Of a DNA stretch of 42,661 bases, positions 24,365-32,792 are shown piece by piece. Numbering within the stretch: the stretch's first letter is position 1; each line of letters opens with the position of its first letter. A program made the translations under genes and the position numbers. The DNA is from Candidatus Niyogibacteria bacterium RIFCSPLOWO2_01_FULL_45_48 (GTDB lineage: Bacteria > Patescibacteriota > Minisyncoccia > HO2-45-28): positions 1-42,661 of the forward strand of contig MHMQ01000011.1 of NCBI GenBank assembly GCA_001819395.1, given 5' to 3'. The notes beneath the pieces are model-generated. The model did not search any database. It was not told the origin of the DNA and saw nothing but the letters and a program-made list of their open reading frames with translations.

Positions 24365-26104
24365 TTACTGTTTGGAAAGATTTATGCCGCCTTGCGTCAG
24401 AACTTCTTGCGCGGCTTTTTTGTACTCGTCGTCAGCATCCTTCGGATAAAATCCGGAAAATGTCTGCTGGGAGCCGAAAAGAGCCAAAGCGTTTTTGCCT
24501 TTTACACCGTTTGGTGAAGACGCCGAGCGCAGACCTCCGAAACATTCCGTATCAACGAGCGCCCCTGTGCATTTCCTGTTCCAGTAAAGATTTCCAGAAG
24601 GGATAACGCGCATCATTCGCTTCAATGTTTCGAGATTTCGACAGAATACGGAGCCCGTAAGCGCGAAGTTTGAAAGTTTGCATTTCCACTCAATCTCATC
24701 AAGGTTGTTGAAAGGCACAACGGTGCTTACGGGACCGAAAAATTCAGTATTCATAACCGTCCGCATATCCTCTTCGTCATCAGATGCTCCTTCGCACATC
24801 AAAAGTGTTGGGGGAAAATCGCTTGCGGAGACTTGGTTAATTTCTTTCTCAAAATACACATCTACTGTACCGACACTCTCAAGAGCTTCTATTTGTTTTA
24901 CAAGTTTTTCCTTATCCGAATAAGTAATCATTGCTCCAACGTTGGCGCCCTGCTTCACATCGCCGTATCGGATTTGTTCCAAACGCTCACACACTGAATC
25001 CAAAAATACTGACAAAACCTTTTCGGCCACAAACGCAATCCTTGCGGAAGAACACTTTTGTCCCGAACGGCCGGTAAATGATTTTACATATTCGTTTGCG
25101 GCATGATGGGGGCCGGCATCTTCGCAGACGACAAAAATGTTTACGCCGCTTGTTTCGGCTGAACCGTAAACAAGCTCTGCCTTGCCGTGCCAGCCGTAGC
25201 GAAGAAGGTCTCTGTGTTTGTGCCTGATTTCTCTGAAAACCTCGCTTGAGCCGGTAAAAGAAAAACCGGAAACATAAGGATTTGAAAGAAATGCGTCAAC
25301 GACCTCCGCTCCGCCGGGAGCGTAATTAATCACGCCGCGCCAATCAATACCCATTCGCTCAAACGCTATTTTAACGCTTTCCCAAACAAGATAACCGCAA
25401 AGCGCCGATTTCGGGGACGGCTTCATAATTACGGCGTTGCCCATCGCAAGCGCTTTGGTCGCCATATCCATCGGAATGGCTCCAGGGAAGTTAAACGGCT
25501 CAACATCAAGAAATACACCGTGCGGATAAAAGCATTTTCCGTTTATATCGCCGGCAAAGCTCGGGTTTGGAATAAGCAAATCGCGGTTAATCTCTTCAAG
25601 ATACATCGCGTTTACAAGAGGAAAATCGGCTTCTTCGTCGGTCTCACCAATGGCTTCCGCGATAGATTGCCCTGTTTCGTACATTTTCGCGGCGCAAAGA
25701 AGCCAGAAGCGTTCTTCGACAACCCGCGAAATTGTCTCAAGAAGTTCTACTCGCTTCGGCCAAGGGTTTTCTTCAAAAAATCTGCGCCCGGCGTTGCGAA
25801 TATTTTCGGAGTGGGAGTTTACCAAATCACAAAGGTGTGGCCAAGTGAATAAGGGAAAGAAACCAACGCACTGCTTTTTTGGCCGTCTTGAGATTTCCGG
25901 CTCATTTGGGTCGCGGGTTTCAAAATACACACCGATTGAGCTGAATTCAGCGCCGCTGAGAATCCACCGAAAATGTTTTCCCAGATAACTTTTCCTGAAC
26001 TGTTCAATGCCGTCAGCAAGTTTTTGCGCCGTTTCCGGGTCGGCAGGATTCGGATAAATTTTGTTGGAAAGCCGGGCTTTAATGCGCTCTCGAACAGAAC
26101 TCAT
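24365..26104 (-). CDS. aldehyde dehydrogenase, L-glutamate gamma-semialdehyde (P5C) dehydrogenase-like, divergent
   Basis: PFNFP, ALAMGNAVIMKPS, FTGS, ETSG, GQKCSS (catalytic Cys), EFFGP, FALTG, GNLYWNRKCTGA.V...FGG. Confidence 0.85.
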   Translation of the reverse strand: MSSVRERIKARLSNKIYPNPADPETAQKLADGIEQFRKSYLGKHFRWILSGAEFSSIGVYFETRDPNEPEISRRPKKQCVGFFPLFTWPHLCDLVNSHSENIRNAGRRFFEENPWPKRVELLETISRVVEERFWLLCAAKMYETGQSIAEAIGETDEEADFPLVNAMYLEEINRDLLIPNPSFAGDINGKCFYPHGVFLDVEPFNFPGAIPMDMATKALAMGNAVIMKPSPKSALCGYLVWESVKIAFERMGIDWRGVINYAPGGAEVVDAFLSNPYVSGFSFTGSSEVFREIRHKHRDLLRYGWHGKAELVYGSAETSGVNIFVVCEDAGPHHAANEYVKSFTGRSGQKCSSARIAFVAEKVLSVFLDSVCERLEQIRYGDVKQGANVGAMITYSDKEKLVKQIEALESVGTVDVYFEKEINQVSASDFPPTLLMCEGASDDEEDMRTVMNTEFFGPVSTVVPFNNLDEIEWKCKLSNFALTGSVFCRNLETLKRMMRVIPSGNLYWNRKCTGALVDTECFGGLRSASSPNGVKGKNALALFGSQQTFSGFYPKDADDEYKKAAQEVLTQGGINLSKQ

Positions 26105-26210
26105 TTCACCACTCCTTTCTTGTTGTTCTTGTTGTCAAAAACCACCCTTATCTTAACGCAATTTTTTTTATTGTCAACGTCTCCAAAAATAGCTAGAATA
26201 AGACGCATAT

Positions 26211-28637
26211 ATGACCGATTATGATTTTAAAAAAATAGAAAAAAAATGGAGCGATAAATGGCTTAAAGACAAGGTTTATGAGCCCTTCGACTTCGCTCAG
26301 GACAAGCCCGATTTGGATAAAGCCAAAAATCCATTTTACAACCTGATGATGTTTCCGTATCCTTCGGCGGAAGGTTTGCATGTGGGGAACGTCTACGCAT
26401 TTGTCGGAGCCGATATTTACGGAAGAAAAAAACGAATGGAGGGCTTTGATGTTTTTGAGCCGATAGGCCTTGACGGCTTTGGGATTCATTCCGAAAACTA
26501 CGCGCTTAAAACAGGAAAACATCCCAAAGAACAGGCAGAAGTCTCGGAAAAAAATTTTTATAAGCAGATGCGGATGATCGGCAACGGATTTTCTTGGGAC
26601 GAAAAGCTGGAGACCTATGACCCGGATTATTACAAATGGACCCAGTGGATTTTTGTCCAGATGTTTAAAAAAGGCCTTGCTTATCGCAAAAAAGCTATGG
26701 TTAATTGGTGTCCGAAATGTCTGACCGTTCTTGCGGATGAGCAAGTGCTTGCGGGAGAGTGTGAAAGATGCGGGACAAAAGTCATTAAAAAAGAGCTTGA
26801 GCAGTGGTTTTTCAAAATAACCGATTACGCCGAGCGGCTGCTTGCCGATTTGGATAAGATAGATTGGTCCGAGCGCGTAAAAATAGCGCAGAGAAACTGG
26901 ATAGGAAAATCAGAAGGCGCTTCTATCCGTTTTCCGCTTGTTGGTGTTTCCGGACAGCCCGACGAAAAACACTACGTAGAAGTTTTTACAACAAGGCCCG
27001 ATACATTATATGGAGCGACATTTATTGTTGTTTCGCCCGAACTTGCAAAGTTTTGGATCGATATTGGCTGGCAAGCGCCGGATAAAGTAAAAAAATATAT
27101 TGCGGATGCTTTAGCAAAGCGAGGACAAAAAGACACAGAAAAAGAAAAAACCGGAATTGACTCCGGAATATTCTCTGTAAATCCGGCAAATAAAGAAAAA
27201 ATTCCGGTCTGGGTTGCCGATTATGTCCTGGCCGGCTATGGCACCGGCGCCATCATGGCCGTGCCCGCGCATGACCAAAGAGATTTGGAGTTTTGGAAGG
27301 CGCACAGAGGGTCGTCAATAAAAGGTTTTAATGTGGTTGTTTATCCGGATGAAAATATTCCGGATATAATAGAAATTAAGGACGCTTACGTTGGTGACGG
27401 AATAATGCATAACTCCGGCCCGTTTAACGGCCTTTTAAACGTAGAAGCCGGAAAAAAAATAACTGACTTCGTCGGCGGGAAAATGGAAGTTAAATACCAT
27501 CTTCGCGACTGGCTTATTTCGCGCCAGCGCTATTGGGGACCGCCTATTCCGATGATTTTTTGCCAAAAGTGCGATTGGCAGCCCGCGTCGGAAAAAGATT
27601 TGCCCGTTTTGCTTCCGGACGTAAAAGATTTCCGCCCCACCGGCACGGATAAATCTCCCCTGGCTACCGTTGAGGGGTTTGTAAAAACAAAATGTCCCAA
27701 GTGTGGGGGCGATGCCGAGAGAGAAACGGATGTTTCGGACACTTTTCTTGATTCCGCTTGGTATTTTTTTAGATACCCTGATGTAAAAAATAAAAAAGAG
27801 CCGTTTAGTAAAAAAACTATTAAAAAATGGCTTCCGATTGATATGTATACTGGAGGAGCGGAGCACGCCGTTTTGCATCTTTTATATACCAGATTTCTGA
27901 CCAAAGTTTTTCGCGATTGGGGCTTGGTTGATTTTGACGAACCGTTTAAAAAATTCCGCGCGCACGGGCTTTTGATTAAAGACGGCGCGAAAATGTCAAA
28001 ATCCAAAGGCAATGTGGTTAATCCTGACGAGTATATTAAAAAATTCGGCGCGGATGTCTTAAGAATGTACCTGATGTTTCTGGGGCCGTTTGAACAAGGC
28101 GGGGATTTTCGCGACGAATCAATCGCGGGCATAGACAGGTTTTTAAATAGGGTTTGGAATTTGAAAGATAAAATTGGCGACGGAAAAAGTATCGGGACGG
28201 AAATCCTTTTACATAAAAGCATCAAAAAGATAGGCGAGGACATAGAAAAATTGCATTATAATACCGCGATATCGCAACTGATGATTTTGTTGAGCGGGAT
28301 TGAAAAAGGATGCGACGAAAAAAGTTTTAAAATATTTTTAAAACTGCTTGCTCCGTTCGCGCCATTTGTCGCGGAGGAATTGTGGGATGATAAAACCAGT
28401 ATCCACAAATCAAAATGGCCCGAATATGACGAGAAAAAAATAAAAGAAGAAACAAAAACAATAATCGTCCAAATAAACGGAAAAATTCGCGATAAATTTG
28501 AGGTCGCAAATGATATTTCTGAAGATAATATTAAGACACAAGCGTTGGCGCGGGATAAAATAAAAGAAATCCTTGTCGGAAAAAAACCAAAAAAAATAAT
28601 AATCGCGCGTGGTCGGCTGGTAAACATCGTTTTGTAG
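26211..28637 (+). CDS. leuS: leucine--tRNA ligase
   Basis: MFPYPSAEGLHVG, YYKWTQW, VFTTRPDT, YGTGAIMAVPAHDQRD, LRDWLISRQRYWG, GGAEHAVLHLLY, KMSKSKGN, VQINGKIR. Confidence 0.98.
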   Translation: MTDYDFKKIEKKWSDKWLKDKVYEPFDFAQDKPDLDKAKNPFYNLMMFPYPSAEGLHVGNVYAFVGADIYGRKKRMEGFDVFEPIGLDGFGIHSENYALKTGKHPKEQAEVSEKNFYKQMRMIGNGFSWDEKLETYDPDYYKWTQWIFVQMFKKGLAYRKKAMVNWCPKCLTVLADEQVLAGECERCGTKVIKKELEQWFFKITDYAERLLADLDKIDWSERVKIAQRNWIGKSEGASIRFPLVGVSGQPDEKHYVEVFTTRPDTLYGATFIVVSPELAKFWIDIGWQAPDKVKKYIADALAKRGQKDTEKEKTGIDSGIFSVNPANKEKIPVWVADYVLAGYGTGAIMAVPAHDQRDLEFWKAHRGSSIKGFNVVVYPDENIPDIIEIKDAYVGDGIMHNSGPFNGLLNVEAGKKITDFVGGKMEVKYHLRDWLISRQRYWGPPIPMIFCQKCDWQPASEKDLPVLLPDVKDFRPTGTDKSPLATVEGFVKTKCPKCGGDAERETDVSDTFLDSAWYFFRYPDVKNKKEPFSKKTIKKWLPIDMYTGGAEHAVLHLLYTRFLTKVFRDWGLVDFDEPFKKFRAHGLLIKDGAKMSKSKGNVVNPDEYIKKFGADVLRMYLMFLGPFEQGGDFRDESIAGIDRFLNRVWNLKDKIGDGKSIGTEILLHKSIKKIGEDIEKLHYNTAISQLMILLSGIEKGCDEKSFKIFLKLLAPFAPFVAEELWDDKTSIHKSKWPEYDEKKIKEETKTIIVQINGKIRDKFEVANDISEDNIKTQALARDKIKEILVGKKPKKIIIARGRLVNIVL
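26281..26309 (+). repeat. 24-nt in-frame REP-like insertion (PFDFAQDK) in the leuS 5' end
   Basis: AGCCC-TTCGACTTCGCTCAGGACA-AGCCC, flanked by 5-bp direct repeats. Confidence 0.65.
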
Positions 28638-28695
28638 TTGTAATTAAAGCAAGTCCGTGATATAAATACTCAAAGTTCTTTGAGTGGAGTTTGAT

Positions 28696-29289
28696 ATGAC
28701 TTATGCCGACTACGCGTCTTTGGTAAGGATTATTTTCGGTCCGCCGTTCGCGCTTATTTTATATTTGACCGTTAAATTTCCCGGAAAATATCCCGCGCTT
28801 GAAGAGCATTGGCCTTTTCTGATTTCACTAATTATGTTTTTGGTTCTTGCTCTAACGGACGCGCTTGACGGCAGGCTGGCCAAAAAATATGGCGAAACTC
28901 GTTTTGGAGCGTTTCTTGATCCGTTGGCCGATAAGATTTTTCTGTGGTCGTATTCCGCTGTTTTTGTTTTTACTGTTGCTTGGAATGCGATTTTGCCTCT
29001 AGTTTTACTTTTTGTGTTGGACGTTTGGTCAACCGTTGACCGTGTTAAGTGGTATGGTCTTCGGGAAAAAGAAATCAGGGCAAATAAAGGCGGTAAACGG
29101 AAAATGTTTTTTCATTTTCTGGCGATAGCTCTTTTTCTGGCCACGCTCGTTTTTTGGCCGGAAAGCGCTAAGTCCGAAGTTGCTTTTTGGGATACATATA
29201 CCGCGCCTGCTGGTTGGATTTTTCTGTGGTCTGCTCTCGGATATTCTTTTTTATCGTGTTGGAATAAACATGAACAGAGGAAAGAGTAG
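28696..29289 (+). CDS. CDP-alcohol phosphatidyltransferase (PgsA-like)
   Basis: TDALDGRLAKKYGETRFGAFLDPLADK signature; GKRK; multi-TM; GGAG SD. Confidence 0.9.
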   Translation: MTYADYASLVRIIFGPPFALILYLTVKFPGKYPALEEHWPFLISLIMFLVLALTDALDGRLAKKYGETRFGAFLDPLADKIFLWSYSAVFVFTVAWNAILPLVLLFVLDVWSTVDRVKWYGLREKEIRANKGGKRKMFFHFLAIALFLATLVFWPESAKSEVAFWDTYTAPAGWIFLWSALGYSFLSCWNKHEQRKE

Positions 29290-29301
29290 ATAGATAGTTT
29301 T

Positions 29302-29337
29302 GGGCCCAGCGAAATTTCGCCGGGCCCTTTTTGTTTT
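29302..29337 (+). terminator. intrinsic terminator
   Basis: GGGCCCAGCGAA-AT-TTCGCCGGGCCC then TTTTTGTTTT. Confidence 0.8.
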
Positions 29338-29350
29338 CACCGATGAGGGG

Positions 29351-29437
29351 TTGACAAACGGGTTATCCCCAGCGTCGCAGCTCGCCCACCTCTTGACAAG
29401 AAAGTTGTCCACAGCTCTTGTAGGAAATTAGTTGACA
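29351..29437 (+). promoter_or_regulatory. imperfect 23-bp direct repeat (TTGACA plus DnaA-box-like 9-mer) upstream of the TrmB gene
   Basis: TTGACAAACGGGTTATCCCCAGC (29351) and TTGACAAGAAAGTTGTCCACAGC (29393); third TTGACA at 29432. Confidence 0.55.
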
Positions 29438-29468
29438 CTTTGTGTGCTTAAAAATAGGCTTAAAATAT

Positions 29469-30215
29469 ATGCTTGAAGTGAAAGATGCGCTGAAAGGTAT
29501 TGGACTGGCTGACAAAGAAATGCAAGTTTATAGCGCTTTGTTGCCCCTTGGTTCGGCTTCAATAAGAATTTTAGCACTACGTACCGGCATAAATCGCGGG
29601 TCGGTTCATGACGCCCTTAATTCCCTTGAACAAAAAGGGCTGGTTTCCGGCGAGCGTAAGGGCTCGCGCCGGCATTTCAGTGTCCGCTCGCCGGAGAATA
29701 TTATTGATACACTTGAGGCCCAGAAGAAAAAGATCGAGCGAAGCGAGGATATGGTGCGCCAGGCCTTGCCCGCGCTTTTGTCTTTCTATTCAAAACAAGG
29801 CGGAAGGCCGTCGGTTGAGTATTTTGACTCCGACGAAGGAATCCGAAAGATACTGGAAGATGTTCTAATAACTGTGGACGCGCTTCCGGAAAAAGAATAC
29901 GCCCTTTATTCTTCAAAATCGGCGCGCTCTTACCTATATAAGCTTTATCCGGACTTTACCAAGGAAAAAATAAAGCGCGGAATTAACACAAAAGTCATCG
30001 CTTTGGGCGAGGGCGGAGATCCGGCCAACCTCAAGATGGCCGAGCGCAAGTGGCTTGACTCGGACGCGCCGGCTTACATTTTGATTTATGGGCCGAAAGT
30101 GGCGATGATTTCGGCGGCGGAAGACGACACGCCCTTCGGTGTTTTAATTAAAGACGACAAAATAGCTCGTACCCAGAGGATTTTATTCGATAATCTGTGG
30201 TCGAGAATAATCTAA
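29469..30215 (+). CDS. TrmB family transcriptional regulator
   Basis: LKGIGLADKEMQVYSALL...TGINRGSVHDALNSLEQKGLV wHTH; C-terminal effector domain (IYGPKVAMIS...FDNLW). Confidence 0.9.
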   Translation: MLEVKDALKGIGLADKEMQVYSALLPLGSASIRILALRTGINRGSVHDALNSLEQKGLVSGERKGSRRHFSVRSPENIIDTLEAQKKKIERSEDMVRQALPALLSFYSKQGGRPSVEYFDSDEGIRKILEDVLITVDALPEKEYALYSSKSARSYLYKLYPDFTKEKIKRGINTKVIALGEGGDPANLKMAERKWLDSDAPAYILIYGPKVAMISAAEDDTPFGVLIKDDKIARTQRILFDNLWSRII

Positions 30216-30235
30216 CTTTTAATTTCTAAATTAAC

Positions 30236-32092
30236 ATGTGCGGGATAGTTGGATATATCGGCAAAAAAAACGCCGCTCAAATAACGCTTGAAGGACTCAA
30301 GCGCCTTGAGTATCGCGGGTATGACTCGGCCGGAATTGCGGCGCTGGATCAAAATGGGGCAGTTTTCATGCGAAGGGAGGTCGGAAAGATTTCGGCGCTC
30401 GAAAAAAAACTTAAAATCTTGCCGCAAAGCCGATTGTCCATAGCTCACACGCGCTGGGCGACTCACGGCGAACCGAGCGTTTCCAATGCCCATCCGCACG
30501 CCGACTGCAAAAACAAAATTTTTCTTGCGCATAACGGCATCATTGAAAATCACGACAAAATCCGCGAGGCGCTTTTGCGCGAAGGCCACGTTTTCCGCTC
30601 CGAAACTGATACCGAAGTTTTGACCCACCTGATTGAAAGATGTCTGGCGTTCGGGGCGCCCGACTTGCAATCGGCCGTAGCGCAGGCCTTAAGGCATGTT
30701 GTCGGAACTTTTGGCATAGCCGTTTTTTCGGCTGACGAACCGGATACTCTCATTGGCGCGAGACGCGGGTCGCCGCTTCTTTTGGGTGTCGGAAAAAACG
30801 AATTTATAGTTGCGTCCGATGCCGCGGCTGTTCTGAAGCGCACAAGAAAAGTGATTTATCTTAACGACAACGAAATGGCGGTTTTAAGCCCCAAATCAAA
30901 AAAGATTTTTAATATTTTACGTACCGGTTCGAAAAGCGGCAAGCCTCTTAAAAAAGAAGTGAAAATGATTGACTGGTCGCTGGAAGACGCCGAAAAGGGC
31001 GAGTTTACTCATTTTATGGAAAAAGAAATTCATGAAATACCTGAGGTGATTGAAAACGCGCTTAGGGGGCGGGCGTTGGCCAAAGAGGGGCGGGCAAAAC
31101 TAGGCGGCCTGGACTCGGTTGAAGAACAGCTTGGCGGAATCGAAAGAGCGGTAATTACCGCTTGCGGAACTTCCTATTACGCCGGACTAATTGGCAAGTA
31201 TCTTTTTGAAAAACTTGCTCATTTACCCACCGAGGTAATATACGCTTCGGAGTTTCGTTACCATCCGCCCATCATCGGCAAGGAAACGGCGGTGTTTGCT
31301 GTTTCGCAATCGGGCGAGACGGCGGATACGCTTGAGGCGGTCAGAGAAGCAAAAAAAACAGGCGCGCTTACATTGGGAATAGTGAACGTGGTCGGCTCGT
31401 CAATTGCCCGTGAAGTTCACGCGGGTATTTATAACCACGCCGGACCTGAAATCGCCGTGGCTTCAACCAAAGCCTTTGTGTCCCAGCTTGCGGTTTTAAC
31501 TCTGGCGGCGGTTCATTTGGGGCGCGTGAGAGGAGCGATAAGCCAAGAATCGGCCGCGGAGCTTTTGAAAGAAATGCTCGCGCTTCCGTCAAAGGCGCGA
31601 AAGATTCTGGCTTTGGGCGGAAAAATAAAAAATCTCGCTAAATCCTATTCAAACCACGACAATTTTTTATATCTCGGACGTAAATATAACTGGCCGGTTT
31701 CTCTTGAGGGGGCCCTTAAACTTAAAGAAATTTCATACGTTCATGCCGAAGGTTATCCGGCGGGAGAGATGAAGCACGGCCCGATCGCTTTGGTGGATTC
31801 GAACTTTCCGGCGATGGTTATCGCGCCCAGAGACAGCGTTTACGAAAAAACTCTTTCCAATCTGCAGGAGCTGAAGGCCCGCAGAGCAAAAATAATAGCG
31901 CTGGCCACCGAAGGAGACATGGAGATCAAAAAATACGCAAATCACGTGATAAATATTCCGCAAACGCCGGAAGAGCTAAGTCCGATTTTGTCGGTGATAC
32001 CTCTTCAGCTTTTCGCCTATCATATGGCGGTTTTGAAAGGTCGGGACGTGGACAAGCCGCGCAATTTGGCAAAATCGGTCACCGTTGAATAA
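30236..32092 (+). CDS. glmS: glutamine--fructose-6-phosphate transaminase
   Basis: MCGIVG, LEYRGYDSAG, HTRWATHG, SQSGETADT, VASTKA, EGALKLKE, KHGPIAL, PRNLAKSVTVE. Confidence 0.99.
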   Translation: MCGIVGYIGKKNAAQITLEGLKRLEYRGYDSAGIAALDQNGAVFMRREVGKISALEKKLKILPQSRLSIAHTRWATHGEPSVSNAHPHADCKNKIFLAHNGIIENHDKIREALLREGHVFRSETDTEVLTHLIERCLAFGAPDLQSAVAQALRHVVGTFGIAVFSADEPDTLIGARRGSPLLLGVGKNEFIVASDAAAVLKRTRKVIYLNDNEMAVLSPKSKKIFNILRTGSKSGKPLKKEVKMIDWSLEDAEKGEFTHFMEKEIHEIPEVIENALRGRALAKEGRAKLGGLDSVEEQLGGIERAVITACGTSYYAGLIGKYLFEKLAHLPTEVIYASEFRYHPPIIGKETAVFAVSQSGETADTLEAVREAKKTGALTLGIVNVVGSSIAREVHAGIYNHAGPEIAVASTKAFVSQLAVLTLAAVHLGRVRGAISQESAAELLKEMLALPSKARKILALGGKIKNLAKSYSNHDNFLYLGRKYNWPVSLEGALKLKEISYVHAEGYPAGEMKHGPIALVDSNFPAMVIAPRDSVYEKTLSNLQELKARRAKIIALATEGDMEIKKYANHVINIPQTPEELSPILSVIPLQLFAYHMAVLKGRDVDKPRNLAKSVTVE

Positions 32093-32102
32093 AAATAATA
32101 AT

Positions 32103-32792
32103 ATGAAATGCGTAATTTTAGCCGCGGGCGAGGGAATAAGAATGAGGCCGCTCACGCTTGAGAAACCCAAGCCGCTTTTAGCAATCAACGGAAAGCCGCT
32201 TATTGAGCACATAATCGGGAATTTACCCAAAGAAATCGACGAACTGATTGTGGTTATCGGTTACAAGGGCGAACAGATAAAAGATTTTTTAGGCGAAAAA
32301 TTCAAGGGTTTAAAAGTTAAATATGTTTGGCAGAAAGAGAAACTGGGTACGGGGCACGCGTTGAAATTGTGCCAGCCGCATTTGGGCGAAGGAAAGTTCA
32401 TGATGCTTTTTGCCGACGATATCCATGGGCGGGAAGGATTGAAGCGCCTTTTAAATCACGATCGCGCCATAATTACGGCAGAAGTAGAAGACCCGCGGCG
32501 CTTCGGAGTCATCTCTGCTGACGCAAAAGGAAAAATAACTGATTTTGAAGAAAAACCGGAAAAACCCAAATCAAAACTTGTTTCAACCGGAGCGATGGCG
32601 CTTGATGGCCGTATTTTTAAATATGAGCCGAGCCTGCACCCGAACGGCGAATATTATCTGACAACCATGATTGAACAGATGCTCAAAGAACACGATGTTT
32701 TTGCCGTGCCGTCATCTTTATGGATTTCAACCGCTGTTCCGGAAGATTTAAAAAAGGCCGAAGAAATTTTAAATTCGCAAAAGTATGTCTAA
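32103..32792 (+). CDS. sugar-phosphate nucleotidyltransferase (GlmU N-terminal/RmlA-like; no acetyltransferase domain)
   Basis: VILAAGEGIRMRPLT..KPKPL, Q.EKLGTGHAL, FEEKP, GEYYLT. Confidence 0.9.
   Translation: MKCVILAAGEGIRMRPLTLEKPKPLLAINGKPLIEHIIGNLPKEIDELIVVIGYKGEQIKDFLGEKFKGLKVKYVWQKEKLGTGHALKLCQPHLGEGKFMMLFADDIHGREGLKRLLNHDRAIITAEVEDPRRFGVISADAKGKITDFEEKPEKPKSKLVSTGAMALDGRIFKYEPSLHPNGEYYLTTMIEQMLKEHDVFAVPSSLWISTAVPEDLKKAEEILNSQKYV

Noticed and set aside
24264-24449. 61-aa ORF in the tatD-ALDH gap
   Set aside because: Runs through three hairpins and an A-tract and overlaps the ALDH gene antisense.
29340-29460. Replication origin
   Set aside because: Only two imperfect DnaA boxes, no clear AT-rich unwinding element and no dnaA/dnaN nearby.
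30216-30235. glmS ribozyme
   Set aside because: Only 20 nt separate the TrmB gene from glmS.
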